A stretch of 64,000 nt of DNA from contig CAVUAK010000001.1 of NCBI GenBank assembly GCA_963739455.1, forward strand, positions 1,600,001 through 1,664,000, read 5' to 3'. Under the pieces are notes generated by a model. The model searched no databases. It was not told the DNA's origin and saw nothing but the letters and a program-made list of their open reading frames with translations. Positions 20,329 to 36,418 of the stretch are shown here, piece after piece; the first letter of the stretch is position 1, and every line of letters begins with the position of its first letter. Source of the stretch: an uncultured Gemmatimonadales bacterium (GTDB lineage: Bacteria > Gemmatimonadota > Gemmatimonadetes > Gemmatimonadales > GWC2-71-9). The position numbers and the translations under genes are program-made.

Positions 20329-21564
20329 CTACGCAGCGGTGGGGAGATGTACCCGGCACTCCACGCCACCAACCTGCAGCCGGGCTGCGGGGCGAAGTCC
20401 TTGTCCGAAGAGTCCGTGCACCCGCGCTGGAATCGACACCGATCCGTCGTTTGTCGGGAGCGTTGTGCCCAGCTCGATCATCCCGGTGACCTGGCTGCCA
20501 TCGTGGCTCACGACGGTGAGTTGCCCCGCTTCCTCTCCCTGGCAACCGAAGCGGTACCGCCCCGCCACCGCGCCCGTTGGAGCCACGGCCCGCCACAGCG
20601 GATGGCTCGCATCGAGAATGGTTGACACCGTGGCACCGCCAATGACCAGGTTGGCATACCCCACGCGTCGCAGCGCATTGGGCCACGCCTGACGGAGGGC
20701 CTGCCGCACCCGCCCCGCCAGCCGGAAAAAGGCGCGCACGCGCTGCTGCTGAAAGAGGAAGCGGTAGCTCGCCAGGTCGTCCACATCCACCACGTAGTCG
20801 TAGTCGTTGTAACTCGAGATCAGGTCGAACACCCGTGCGACGGGAAACCCTGCGTCGCGCAGCAGGCGTCGATAGCTGGGCGGGTGGTACAGGTAGGTGC
20901 GGAACTGGGTGCCGGTGCGCATCCGCGTGACGGCGTTGGCGGCCCAGCGCGGCAGCACCGTCGGCCAGATCACCCCGGTGTGGGTGTCCGGCATGCCGAG
21001 CAGGCTCTCGAGTGCAAACCGGTTCTCGATCGCCACGGCGAGGTGGCCCTTGCCAGGCGCGAGCACGCGTCGTGCTTCCCCCAGCATCCGCAGTTGCAAC
21101 GCTCGCGGGTTGCCCTCCGCGTACACGCCGGCCCACTCCAGGACACCATTGAGCGTCACGAGCCCGAAGGATCCTGCCGCGAAGGGCAGCGCAAATCCGC
21201 TGGCCCGCACGAAGCGGCAGGCGCTGCGGGCGTCCTCGGCCGCGCGCGTCGAGGCATAGGCGATGCGATTCGGCAGGAACTCCGCACCCACCGCCTTCCG
21301 GTAGTATTCCGCCAGTCCCAGCGGGAGCGACCCGAAACCGCAGCCGATATCCAGGGCCGAGTCGTCGCGGTCACGGAGAAGGAGCAGGTGCCAGTTGCCC
21401 AGCGCCAGGTTCCGCATCCGCTTCACGAAGAAGGGGGCGTTCGGCTCGATGTCGTTCAGCGCCTGGCGCCATCCCTTCTCGCGGGTGGCAGCAAGGAGGT
21501 CGGCGAGCTGTTCTGCGTCGAGATCAGCCCAGGCTCTTCCGGTCAGGTACGGTGCGACAGTCAC
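20329..21564 (-). CDS. Class I SAM-dependent methyltransferase with C-terminal extension
   Basis: ALDIGCGFG, LPFAAGSFGLVTLNGVLEW, VAIENR; GTG with GGAG upstream directly after PKS. Confidence 0.82.
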   Translation of the reverse strand: MTVAPYLTGRAWADLDAEQLADLLAATREKGWRQALNDIEPNAPFFVKRMRNLALGNWHLLLLRDRDDSALDIGCGFGSLPLGLAEYYRKAVGAEFLPNRIAYASTRAAEDARSACRFVRASGFALPFAAGSFGLVTLNGVLEWAGVYAEGNPRALQLRMLGEARRVLAPGKGHLAVAIENRFALESLLGMPDTHTGVIWPTVLPRWAANAVTRMRTGTQFRTYLYHPPSYRRLLRDAGFPVARVFDLISSYNDYDYVVDVDDLASYRFLFQQQRVRAFFRLAGRVRQALRQAWPNALRRVGYANLVIGGATVSTILDASHPLWRAVAPTGAVAGRYRFGCQGEEAGQLTVVSHDGSQVTGMIELGTTLPTNDGSVSIPARVHGLFGQGLRPAARLQVGGVECRVHLPTAA

Positions 21565-21580
21565 GAACGCTCCATAGTCA

Positions 21581-24500
21581 TCATCCCGCGTGGGCCAGTT
21601 CAGCCGAGGCCGCCGCAAGCTGTGCCTCCCTGAGCCGGGTGCGGAACAGTTCGCCGAACACCGGATCGTGCACCAGCGAGTTGTGCGTGCCTGGCGCGTC
21701 GATCACTTCGATCCGTCCGTGGACCGATGCCGTCCACCCCATGGTCGGATCCGAGAAATCCGCGTCGGCATCATCCAGCGCCCGGAACAGCACCACATCG
21801 CCCTCGTAGACTTTCGGCACGTATTGCCGTAGTGCCGCCATGTTCGCGTGCTCCACATAGAGGTAGCGCAGGCTGTGCGGCAGTTCGCTCCCGGTCGCCC
21901 GGAGCACTCGCGCCGCCGTCAGCTGGCCATAATCCCGGAATCTCTGGATACCCCGGCGGAACAAAAGTCTCACTTCGCCCGCTGCACCCTCGCGCTGCGT
22001 GCGCCGCAAGTGCCCCTCGATCCGCCGCCACAGCCGGGCGGGCGCTGGTGGCTGGTGCTCCGTCGAGAACCACGTCGGTCCCCACGAGTCGAACATCGTC
22101 AGCAGGCCGATCGTTTCACCCTCAGCCTGCAGGCGCTGCGCGATCTCCAGCGCCACGATACCGCCCAGTGAGCCGCCACCCAGGAAGTAGGGTCCGTGTG
22201 GCTGGATGCGCCGGATCTCCTCGATGTACTGCTCCGCCATCTCCAACAGGCTGCGGAACGGCTCCGTCTTGCCGTCGAGCCCCCGGCACTGGATGCCGTA
22301 GACCGGCTGGTCCGCGTCGGTGAAATTCGCCAGTGCGCGATAGTTCAGCACGGCGCCACCGCGGGCATGCATGCAGAAGAACGGCGGCAGGTTCCCACCC
22401 GGCTTGAGCGGTACGACGTGGCTCCAGAGCGGGCGCAACCAATCCTCATGTGCCCGGGGATCCCGCACGGCGTCCGATGAGGTCAGGATGTCGGGCGCCG
22501 GCGCGGTGAACGCCGGCATCTGCTGTGGCGTGCGCGGCACCGATGAGCTGATCTGCTGGTCGAATCGCACCGCCAGCGTTCGCACCGTCTGCGCTTCCAG
22601 CAGCGTGGCCAGTGGCAGGTTGTGCCCGGTCAGCTTCTTGAGGCGGGTGAAGAGGCGCACCGCCAGCAGCGAGTGCAGCCCCAGGTCGAGCAGGTTCTCG
22701 TCCAGTCCCACGCGCGGCAGCGAGAGCAGCCCCGACACGAGCGTCGCGATCTCCCGTTCCAGCGGGGTCGCCGCGGCCTCCGCGGCCTCCACCACCGCGA
22801 GCGGACGGGTCAGGATCTGGGGCCGGCTGCTCTCGCGCAGTTGCCGCAAGCAGCAGGGCGAGCGGCAGCGGCGACACCGCGACCTGCGGCACCGCGCCCG
22901 CTGCGAGGATCCGCTCGAGGGCGGCGACACCCTCCTCTGCGCGAATCCCCTCGCGGATCGTGAGGCCGAGTAGCGGGTTCGCCGGCGCCGTCTCGCGCCC
23001 GCGCGGTCGCGGCTGCCGCTGGCGGTGCCGCGAGCCTGGTCATGTCACGCACCGCGAGCAGGCTCAGCTCCAGCACTTCCACCAGCACCCGGCCCGACGC
23101 GTCGCACATCGCAGCATCGAACACCGCCACGTCGCCTGGGGTCGAGAGGTCCTCCCGGTACCGCACGCGGCTCGAGATCGCCCGCGGCAGGTCGCCATGG
23201 ATCCTGACCGTTCCGATCGAGAGTGGCACCAGCAGTTGGGCCTTGCGGTCCAGCCACGGCACCAGCGCCTGCGCCCCCGCCATCGCGATGTCCACCAGCG
23301 CCGGATGCAGCGGGAAGGCCTCCAGGTCGCCGGCGAATCGCGCGTCCAGCTCCAGCTCGAGGAGTGCCTCGCGCTGGCCCAGCCCTATGCGTCGCAGGTT
23401 GTCCCACCGCGGCCCGAACGCCAGGAACGGCGCTGCCGTCGTTACCGATGCCGGATCCTCCGCCAGCCTTGCGCGGCGGGCCAGGGCACCGAGATCCACG
23501 GGGGGCGCCGTGTCGATCACCGTGCCGATGCGCGCGCGCGCATGCAGCCGCCACGACGCGCTCGCGTTCGGCCGGCTCTCCACCGACACCCGCCCATCAG
23601 TGGTGTCGAGGCGCACCCGGATATCGCTGCGACCTGCCCTCCGGCACGATGAGCGGGTCGACGAACTCCACGTCGCGCAGTGCCGCCGGTCCCGCTGCGC
23701 CCCGACAGTCGGTCGGCCAGGTAGGCCAGCGCGAGGAACCCCGTGCCCGGTACCATCGGCTGTCCACCCCGCACGCGATGCTCGGAGAGCAGCCAGTGGG
23801 TCTCCGGCGCAATGCTGCCGAGGTATGCCTGCTCCCGCGCGTTCAGGTGCACCCGGCGGGCGAGCAGTGGATGCCCCGTCGGTTCGCCCGTGAGCGGCGC
23901 ACTCACGCCCAATCGCTGATGCCAGCGATGCCGCCATGCCGACATCCGACCACGGCGCCCAGTTGATCGACACGACCCGCGTGCCGCCGAGCGGCAAACT
24001 GTCGCTGCGACCAGGCGTCCAGGAACGCGTTTGCGGCGGCGTAGTCGAATTGCCCCGGCAGTCCGGTGAGCGCACTGATGGAAGAGAACAGGACAATGAA
24101 GTCGAGCGGTGCGCCCCGCAGCGCCTCCTCCAGCGCCAGCGTGCCCTGAACCTTGGGCGCCAGGACGCGCTGCGCACTCTCCGCGGCGCGCACCTGCAGC
24201 GCGCCGTCGTCGAGCGTGCCGGCCGCATGGAAGACCCCGTGCAGTGCGCCGAGGCGCTGGCGCACCAGCTCGACAGCCTTCTTGAGCGCGCGCGCATCTG
24301 TCACGTCCGCTTCCACCGGGAGCACCGTGGCCCCCGCGGCCTCCAGCTCCCGTACCATCAGCATGCGGCGCACGGATTCGTCCTGCGCATCGTGTGACGC
24401 GATCCACTTGTCCCACGCCTCGCGGGGAGGCAGGAAGTGCCGGCCCAGGAGCGCGATGCGCGCGCCGTGCGCATGAGCGAGGTGCCGCGCCACCGAGAGT

Positions 24501-27500
24501 CCCAGTCCGCCAAACCCACCGGTAATGACGTACACGCCGCCATCCCGGAACGGTGACACGGTTGCCGGCCCGAGCGGCAGGCTCTCGAGCGAGGGAATCC
24601 ACCGGTCGGGGCCGCGCAGTGCCACCACATCGTGATCGATCGCCACCAGCTCTGCCGAGCAGCAGGTCGGTGAGGCGCGTGCTGGCCCGCTCCGCCACGG
24701 GGATGTCCACCAGGCGCGCACTGATCCCCGGCAATTCCGTCGGGATCACCCGCACCGCACCGACCAGCGTCCCCAGTCGCGGGTCGGTGGCCTCGTCGCC
24801 CGTCACGCGCGCGGCGCCGGTGGTGAGTACCGTGAGCTGGACCTGGGAAAGTTCCTCGCTGCCCATCGCCTGGCTCAGCGCCAGCAGCGACAGGAAGCCG
24901 GTTTCGATCGATGCGTCTTCCAGTGGCCAGGCGAACACGATCCGCCGCGGGCTGCGGCCGGCATCGCGCAGCGCCGCGAGCAAAGCCGCCGCATCATCCG
25001 CGTTGGCCTGGTTGAGCGTATAGCCATTGGCACCGGCCACGCTGAAGCGCGTTCCGCGCGATGCCACGATCACGTCCAGGCCCGCGCGACGGCACTGGTC
25101 GACGAGGCCTCGTGCCACGGCCGACCGGTCGGTGAATACCAGCACCGGTCCGTCCAGCGGGTCACCTGGAAGCACTGGTGCGGCGCGGCGCCACGATGGC
25201 TGCGTGAACCAGTCGCCGGAGGTCTTCGGCCCTGCGTCAGCACCGCACCCGGCACCGCCTCCACCGGCCGTGGATCGATCCAGTGCCGTTCCCGCTCGAA
25301 CGGATAGGTCGGCAGCGCCACCCGCCGGCGCGCTTCACCTTCGTGCAGCCGCGCCCAATCCACCTCGACTCCCGAAATCCAGAGGCGCCCCAGCGCCGCC
25401 AGCATGTGCCCGGCGTCGTCCACCGGTTCGTCGGGATGTGGCATCGAGGTGAGGGCCACTGGCGGAGTGCCACCCTGCTGCTTTGCGAGCGTGGACAGCG
25501 TGCGCCCCGGCCCCACCTCGAGCAGCACGCTCGCGTCAGGCTGCGTCAGCGCGCGCAGTCCATCGGCGAATCGCACCGTCTGCCGCAGGTGCCGCAGCCA
25601 GTAGTCCGGATCGGTCGCGTCCGCCTCCGTCATCCAGGTGCCGGTCAGGTTGGAAGCGATCGGGATGGTCGGTGGACGCAGGTCCAGCCGTCGCACAAAA
25701 GCGTGAAACTCCGGGAGGATCGGCTCCAGCAGCTTCGAGTGCGCCGCCACGTTGATGCGGAGCCGCGAACTCTCTATTCCGCGCCCCGCCAGCGCGCGCA
25801 TCAACCGCTCGATCGCTGCCACCGGGCCGGACGCCACCGAGAGCGCCGGCCCGTTGGCCGCGGCGATCGACAGTTCCGTCCCCAGCAGTGGCTCGAGTTC
25901 GGCGGCGCCAAGCGGCACGCTCAGCATCGCACCCTCGGTCACCGTCTCGAAGAGCCGCGCCCGCGTGGTCACGAGGGCCAGCGCGTCGGCCAGGGAAAAC
26001 ACTCCCGCCAGGCACGCCGCGGTGTACTCGCCCATGCTGTGCCCGATCAATGCCGCCGGCTCGATGCCCCAGTGCATCCACAGCCGTGCCTGCGCGTACT
26101 GCGTAAGAACAGCGCCGGCAATCCTGTGAGCGGTTCCTGCAGTCTGGCCGCTGCCGTCGCATCAGTCACCGGCGACAGCAGAAGCGCGCGCACCTGGTCA
26201 GCGTGGTCGCGCTCCATCAGTGCGAGGCACTCATCGACCGCTGCCCGGTATACGGGCTCGTCACGATAGAGCGAGGCCCCCATGCCCGGATGCTGCGCAC
26301 CACCTCCGGCGAACATGAAGGCAACCGATCGCGCCCGGTCAGGTGCCTTGCCGCTGAACAGCACCCTCGCATCTCGCGCGGCCAGCCCCTGCGCCGCGGC
26401 GCTGGCGCTGTCGGCCACCACGTATGCGTCGATCTGCCATCGCCGCGCGGCCTGCCTGCAGTGTCCAGGCGGCATCCGCCAGCGACGGCGCGTCGGGAGC
26501 AGTCAGTGCGTCTGCGAGCCGGTCAGTGGCGCGTTCCAGGGCCGCTGATGAGCGCGCTGACATCACGAGGAGCTGGAGGTGCCGGGTGGGTGCTCGATGC
26601 GGCGGGGGCTCGGGTGGCTGCTCGAGCACCACATGCGCATTGGTGCCACCCACCCCGAGTGAACTCACCCCGGCGCGGCGCGGGTATGGCGCGTCCCACT
26701 CCTTGAGCAGCGAGTTCACGTAGAACGGGGTCTCCTCGAACTGGCACGCCGGATTTGGGGTGGAGTAGTGCAGGGAAGGGGGTAGCTGTCGGTAGCGCAG
26801 CGCCTGGATCGCCTTGATCATGCTGGCGGCGCCAGCCGCGGTGTCGATGTGACCGATGTTCGTCTTCACCGACCCGATCGCGCAGTAGCCCCGCTTGTCG
26901 GTGTGCCGGCGGAATGCTTCGGTCAGCGCCGCAATCTCGATCGGGTCACCCACCAGCGTCCCGGTGCCGTGCGCCTCGATCATTGAAACGCTGGAGGCAT
27001 CCACGCCCGCCACCGCGAGCGCCTCGCTGATCGCGCTCGCCTGGCCCTTCACGCTCGGCGCCAGGTAGCTCACCTTCTCGGAGCCATCGTTGTTGACCGC
27101 CGTGCCCTTCACCACCGCATAGATCGTGTCACCATCGGCAATGGCATCGTCCAGGCGGCGAAGCACCACGGCCCCCGCGCCACTGCCGAACACAGTTCCC
27201 GCCGCGCGCGCATCGAACGCGCGGCAGCGGCCGTCCGGTGACAGGATCTCACCCTCGGCGTAGAGATAGCCCTGCCGGTGCGGCAGCTCGATGGTAACGC
27301 CACCCGCAACGGCAAGGTCGCACTCCCCTGCCAGGAGGCTCTGCACTCCCAGGTGCACTGCCACCAGCGACGTCGAGCACGCCGTCTGCACCGCCACACT
27401 CGGCCCATGCAGGTTGAGTGCGTACGAAACGCGCGTGGTGAGGAAGTCCTTGTCGTTGCCCGTGTGCCGCAGCAGGAAGAAGCCGACCGAGTCCACCAGC

Positions 27501-27928
27501 TCCGGTCGTGTCAGCAGGTTGTAGCCCAGGTAGGCGTTGTGGCCCGAACCGCCGAAGACGCCGATCGGTCCGTTGAATCGTGAGGGCGCGTGACCGGCGT
27601 GCTCCAGCGCTTCCCACACGCACTCCAGGAAGTGCCGGTGCTGCGGGTCCATGATCGCCGCTTCATGCGGGCTGAGCCCGAAGAAGCCGGCGTCGAACAT
27701 CTCCATGTCTTCGAGCGGGGCACCGCGGGGCACGTAGTGCGGATTGCCGAGCAGCGTCGACGACACGCCTGCTGCACGGAGCTCGTCGATGCTGTAGGAC
27801 CGTATCGACTCGACTCCGTCGCGCACGTTTCGCCAGAACGCCTCGGCGTCGGACGCGCCGGGCAGGCGGCACGCCATGCCAACGACGGCGATGTCGGTAG
27901 CCTGCGAGTCGGTCTTTGTCGCGGACAT
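21581..27928 (-). CDS. Type I polyketide synthase KS-AT-KR-DH-ACP-TE, split by several indels
   Basis: KS: VQTACSTS, HGTGT, NIGH; AT: GHSMGE, VAAHS; KR: GGFGGLG, LDD, YAAAN; DH: EHRVRGGQPMVPG, HPALVD; ACP: LGLHSL; TE: GGSLG, PGTH. Confidence 0.93.
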
Positions 27929-27935
27929 CAGGTGC

Positions 27936-32585
<4,650 letters not shown>

Positions 32586-32771
32586 TCAGTGCTCCTGCTG
32601 AAACTTGTCCTTGCGGCCCCGGTAACAATATGCAGATACCGGAGCCGGGGCCGGACGATTCCTCGACGGACCCAGAAGCACCTGTTGCGCCGGTGCATCA
32701 TCGTGGGGAGATAGGCAGAAGTTCGCGAAATCTGGGCCGCTTGAAGGGTTACCGTGGTCAGGGCCGGAACA

Positions 32772-32810
32772 CCTGCCCTCCCCGCCTTTCCCGCCCTCCC
32801 CGCCTTTGCC
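32772..32810. repeat. Four tandem 9-bp C-rich units in divergent intergenic region
   Basis: cctgccctc cccgccttt cccgccctc cccgccttt. Confidence 0.75.
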
Positions 32811-32817
32811 TCACCCA

Positions 32818-32832
32818 TGGCCCACGATTTGA
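32818..32832 (+). promoter_or_regulatory. Possible sigma-54 promoter with non-canonical -12 (TTGA)
   Basis: TGGCCCA-CGAT-TTGA upstream of deacetylase operon. Confidence 0.4.
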
Positions 32833-32924
32833 CGAGGGGAGAGGGTTCAGCCCTTGTCAGTGTAGCGATGGTGTCACATTATCCCGAATCCAAGCTGTCC
32901 CCTGAAGGCTATCCCGGAGCTCAA

Positions 32925-33827
32925 GTGGCTGTGACGAATAGCGGTCCAATCATGCGCGTGCCGCCTTCGCTCACCCGGAATGCGAGTCACATCTTTTCAG
33001 TGGACGTGGAGGAGTATTTCCACGCACTCGCCTTGGCCCCTTGTGCACCCCGCTCGCGCTGGGCTTCCATGCCGAGCCGGGTTGAAGCCAATACCGGCAT
33101 CCTCCTCGACCTGCTGGCGCGCAATAACACCAAGGGAACCTTCTTCGTCGTCGGCTGGGTCGCGGAACGGTGCCCACAACTGGTGCGACGCATCGCGGCC
33201 GAAGGCCACGAAGTGGGCTGCCACAGTCAGTGGCACCGCCAGGTCTTCACGCTTACTCCTGCCGAGTTCCGCGAGGACCTGAAGCAGTCGAAGGACACAC
33301 TGGAGCAGGTGTTGGGTGAGCGGATTCAGGGTTTCCGCGCCCCCGGCTTTTCCATCATTCCCGGATGCGAGTGGGCCTTTGACGTCCTGCTGGAGGAGGG
33401 CATCACCTACGACTCCAGCCTCTTTCCCATCGTGCGGCCCGAGTATGGCTACCCCAGTAGCCCCGGCGATCCCTATGTAATCCGTCGCGCTTCCGGTACC
33501 CTGCTCGAATTGCCCCTGACCACTACACGCATCGCAGGGGTCCCGTTCCCGGCCGCCGGCGGGGCCTACCTGCGCCAGCTTCCCTACGGCCTCATTCACC
33601 GCGCCTTCAGCGAGTATCGCGCGCGCGGTGTGCCGGCCATGTTTTACGTACACCCATGGGAAGTCGACCCCGGCCAGCCGCGCCTCCCCGTCCCGCTCAT
33701 CTCGCGCCTGCGCCACTACCGCGGGCTCGACGGCATGCTCGGCCGCCTCGAGCGCCTGCTGCGCGACTTCAAGTTCACCTCGGTGGAACAGGCACTCGAC
33801 GTTCCGGCCCTTCGCGCCGCAGCGTGA
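32925..33827 (+). CDS. Polysaccharide deacetylase, XrtA/PEP-CTERM locus subfamily
   Basis: FSVDVEEYFH, TFFVVGW, HEVGCHS..H, GFRAPGFS, YDSS, AGGAYLR, HPWEVDPGQPR; start approximate. Confidence 0.92.
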   Translation: MAVTNSGPIMRVPPSLTRNASHIFSVDVEEYFHALALAPCAPRSRWASMPSRVEANTGILLDLLARNNTKGTFFVVGWVAERCPQLVRRIAAEGHEVGCHSQWHRQVFTLTPAEFREDLKQSKDTLEQVLGERIQGFRAPGFSIIPGCEWAFDVLLEEGITYDSSLFPIVRPEYGYPSSPGDPYVIRRASGTLLELPLTTTRIAGVPFPAAGGAYLRQLPYGLIHRAFSEYRARGVPAMFYVHPWEVDPGQPRLPVPLISRLRHYRGLDGMLGRLERLLRDFKFTSVEQALDVPALRAAA

Positions 33828-33846
33828 GGCCACTGCAGGATCGAGC

Positions 33847-34866
33847 GTGATCCGCGTCGAGCGGCTCACCGGAGTGGCCGCCGACTGGGATCCATTCGTT
33901 CGAAGCCAGCGGAACTGGACCCCGTTTCACCTCCTCGCCTGGCGCGATATCATCGCCCAGGTGTTCGGGCATCAGACCGTCTATCTCGCTGCTCGCGACG
34001 ACGATCGCCTTGCAGGCGTCCTCCCCCTCGTACTGGTCAAGAGCGCGGTCTTCGGGCGCTTCCTCGTCTCCATGCCCTTCGTCAATTACGGTGGCCCGCT
34101 CGGCACTCCCGAGGCGGTGCGCGCGCTCGCCGGTGAAGCGGCTCGCATCGGCAACGAGGAGCGGGTGAAGCTCCTCGAGTTGCGCAGTCGCACCGAGCTG
34201 CCCATCGACCTTCCCGTTTCGCACCGCAAGATCACGGTTGTCCTCGACATACCCGCTGGATCGCCCGACGCCTTGTTCAAGTCCTTCGACGCCAAGCTGA
34301 GGAGCCAGGTGCGGCGTCCCCAGAAGGCTGGTATTGTCGTACGCTTCGGCGCGGATCAGCTCGATCCCTTCTACCGTGTCTTTGCCCGGCACATGCGCGA
34401 CCTCGGCACGCCGGTCCAGCCGAAGAAGCTCTTCACTGCACTGTCGGAGGCCTTTGGAGAGGATCTCTGGATCGGGGTCGCCTGGCACGGTGATGAGCCA
34501 GTGGCAGCCGGCGTCGGCTTTCGGTGGGACAGCGAATTCGAGATGACCTGGGCGTCGTCGCTCTACGCCTGGAACAAGCTGTCGCCCAACATGGCGCTCT
34601 ACTGGGCGTTCATGGAGCGCGCGTGCAATACCGAAGTGACCCTCTTCAACTTCGGTCGCTGCTCGGTGGGCGTCGGGACGCATCGCTTCAAGAGGCAGTG
34701 GGGCTCGCGCGACGAACAGCTCTGGTGGTATCAGCAGGGCGATGGTGTGGCCAGCACTCCCTCTCCCGATGACGGGGCGTACTCCTGGGGTCCCCGTCTC
34801 TGGAAGCACCTTCCGGTCGGCATCGCCAACCTTATCGGCCCGCCCATCGTGGCGGGAATTCCCTGA
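33847..34866 (+). CDS. FemAB-like protein, XrtA/PEP-CTERM system-associated
   Basis: GVLPL, LVSMPFVNYGG, KLRSQVR, MRDLGTP, FNFGR, RFKRQWG. Confidence 0.9.
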   Translation: MIRVERLTGVAADWDPFVRSQRNWTPFHLLAWRDIIAQVFGHQTVYLAARDDDRLAGVLPLVLVKSAVFGRFLVSMPFVNYGGPLGTPEAVRALAGEAARIGNEERVKLLELRSRTELPIDLPVSHRKITVVLDIPAGSPDALFKSFDAKLRSQVRRPQKAGIVVRFGADQLDPFYRVFARHMRDLGTPVQPKKLFTALSEAFGEDLWIGVAWHGDEPVAAGVGFRWDSEFEMTWASSLYAWNKLSPNMALYWAFMERACNTEVTLFNFGRCSVGVGTHRFKRQWGSRDEQLWWYQQGDGVASTPSPDDGAYSWGPRLWKHLPVGIANLIGPPIVAGIP

Positions 34867-34875
34867 CATCGTCGT

Positions 34876-36057
34876 TGTCGTGGCGCTACCTCGCACCGGC
34901 CTACTCGCCAGTGACGGTGGGATCAGTTGCGGGTGGGCTGCGGGGGCTTTGCATCTGGGGAACGGGCCGGCCGGGACCAGTGGCTCGCCCATCGTTATGA
35001 AGTCGACGTGGCGCTGCTCGTTGACAGCGGCACTTCCGCCCTTCGCCTGGCACTCGAGGCTGTTCGGGCGCCCGGTGGTTCACCCCCGTCCGTGGTACTT
35101 CCTGCTTACGGCTGCTACGACCTCGCCACCGCCGCCATCGGCGCAGGCGCGGTGGTCTCCTTCTACGACCTCGACCCGGCCACGCTCGGGCCTGACTGGC
35201 ACTCGCTCGCTACGGCGCTCTCGGCCGGAGTCGACGCGCTTGTACTCGTGCATCAGTACGGCGTTCCGGTGGACATCGACCGCGCACGGGCGCTCGCCGA
35301 GGCCTGCGGCACGGTTGTCATCGAGGATGCTGCGCAAGGCGCTGGAGCGTGGTGGCGCCATCGCCGCCTTGGCGCTCGAGGTGACCTGGGCATTCTCAGC
35401 TTTGGCCGGGGCAAGGGCATGACTGCCGGCGGGGGAGGTGCTCTCTTCGCCACCGGACCTCGCGGGCGCGAGCTCATCGAGCGCGCCAGGCCTCGGATGG
35501 CGCCTGGGGGGCGCGGCGTCGGCAGCGTGGTCCGGTTGGCACTACAGGCAGTGCTGAGTCACCCGATGCTCTACGGTGTTCCGGCTCGCCTGCCGTGGCT
35601 TGCCCTGGGCGACACGCCCTTCCATGGACCATGGGCACCTCGCAGCATCGAGGCGGCGCAGGCCGGAGCCCTCGAGGCCGCAGCGGCACTCGCCGACGAC
35701 GAAGCAGCGACGCGCCGCCGGGTCGCGGAGTTCCTGAAGGCGGAGCTCCACCAATTGCCCGCCCTGAGCCTTGTACAATCGCCAGCAGGCGAAGGGACCT
35801 TGCCCGGGTGGCTCAGGTTCCCGGTGGTCCTGAACGAAGCGAAGTGGGCCAGGGCCATCACTTCAACCCTCCGTCATTTGGGCGTGGCTCCCGGGTACCC
35901 CATGCCGCTCCCCGACCTTCCGGCCTTCCAGACCCGCTCCAGGGCAGCCCAGTACCCAGGCGCCGCGCGGCTGGCCGCACATCTTGTTACGCTGCCCACC
36001 CACCGCTGGGTCACCTCGCGCGATATTTCCCACCTTCGTCAGTCCCTCAATAGCTGA
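34876..36057 (+). CDS. DegT/DnrJ/EryC1/StrS PLP-dependent aminotransferase family; start uncertain (probable indel near 34930)
   Basis: SGTSAL, PAYGC, IEDAAQG, SFGRGKG (PLP Lys), LVTLPTH. Confidence 0.82.
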
Positions 36058-36070
36058 ACCAGCGATCTCC

Positions 36071-36118
36071 GCGGTTGAGGTTCCTCCTTACGCGGTTGCC
36101 GTTCCTCCTCACGCTGTT
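36071..36118. repeat. 21-bp tandem repeat x2.3 (copy 1)
   Basis: gcggttgaggttcctccttac gcggttgccgttcctcctcac gctgtt. Confidence 0.75.
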
Positions 36119-36341
36119 AATGTATCCAAGACCGACATCGCTGCATGTTTTTGCACTGCCTCTCGCACCTCCTCCAAGCGACCTGCTCCTTCCCCCCGGA
36201 CTGTATTGAATCAATATCAGACGACGGCAAGAAATTGCACATGTAATACAAATCACATAAGTCACTTGTTTTCAAAGTTATAGCTATTAGTCTCACCCGA
36301 TGAAAAATTCAAAATCAATACAGTCTCTACTACACCTCTAT

Positions 36342-36356
36342 TGGCTTGCTCCTTGC
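36342..36356 (+). promoter_or_regulatory. Sigma-54 promoter
   Basis: TGGCTTG-CTCC-TTGC downstream of an AT-rich tract, about 63 nt before ATG 36419. Confidence 0.7.
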
Positions 36357-36418
36357 CCTCGTTGTTCTCTCGAAATCGGGTCTTTCGCCCACCATGCTCG
36401 GCCAGCGAACTGTAAGAA

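Noticed and set aside
32631..32647. Sigma-54-like site upstream of the NRPS
   Set aside because: GG-N11-GC spacing is one base too long
36071..36118. CRISPR array interpretation of the 21-bp repeats
   Set aside because: Only about 2 units, no spacers, no cas genes
36180..36340. AT-rich tract as mobile-element scar or origin
   Set aside because: No transposase, terminal repeats or DnaA-box cluster; better explained as promoter upstream region
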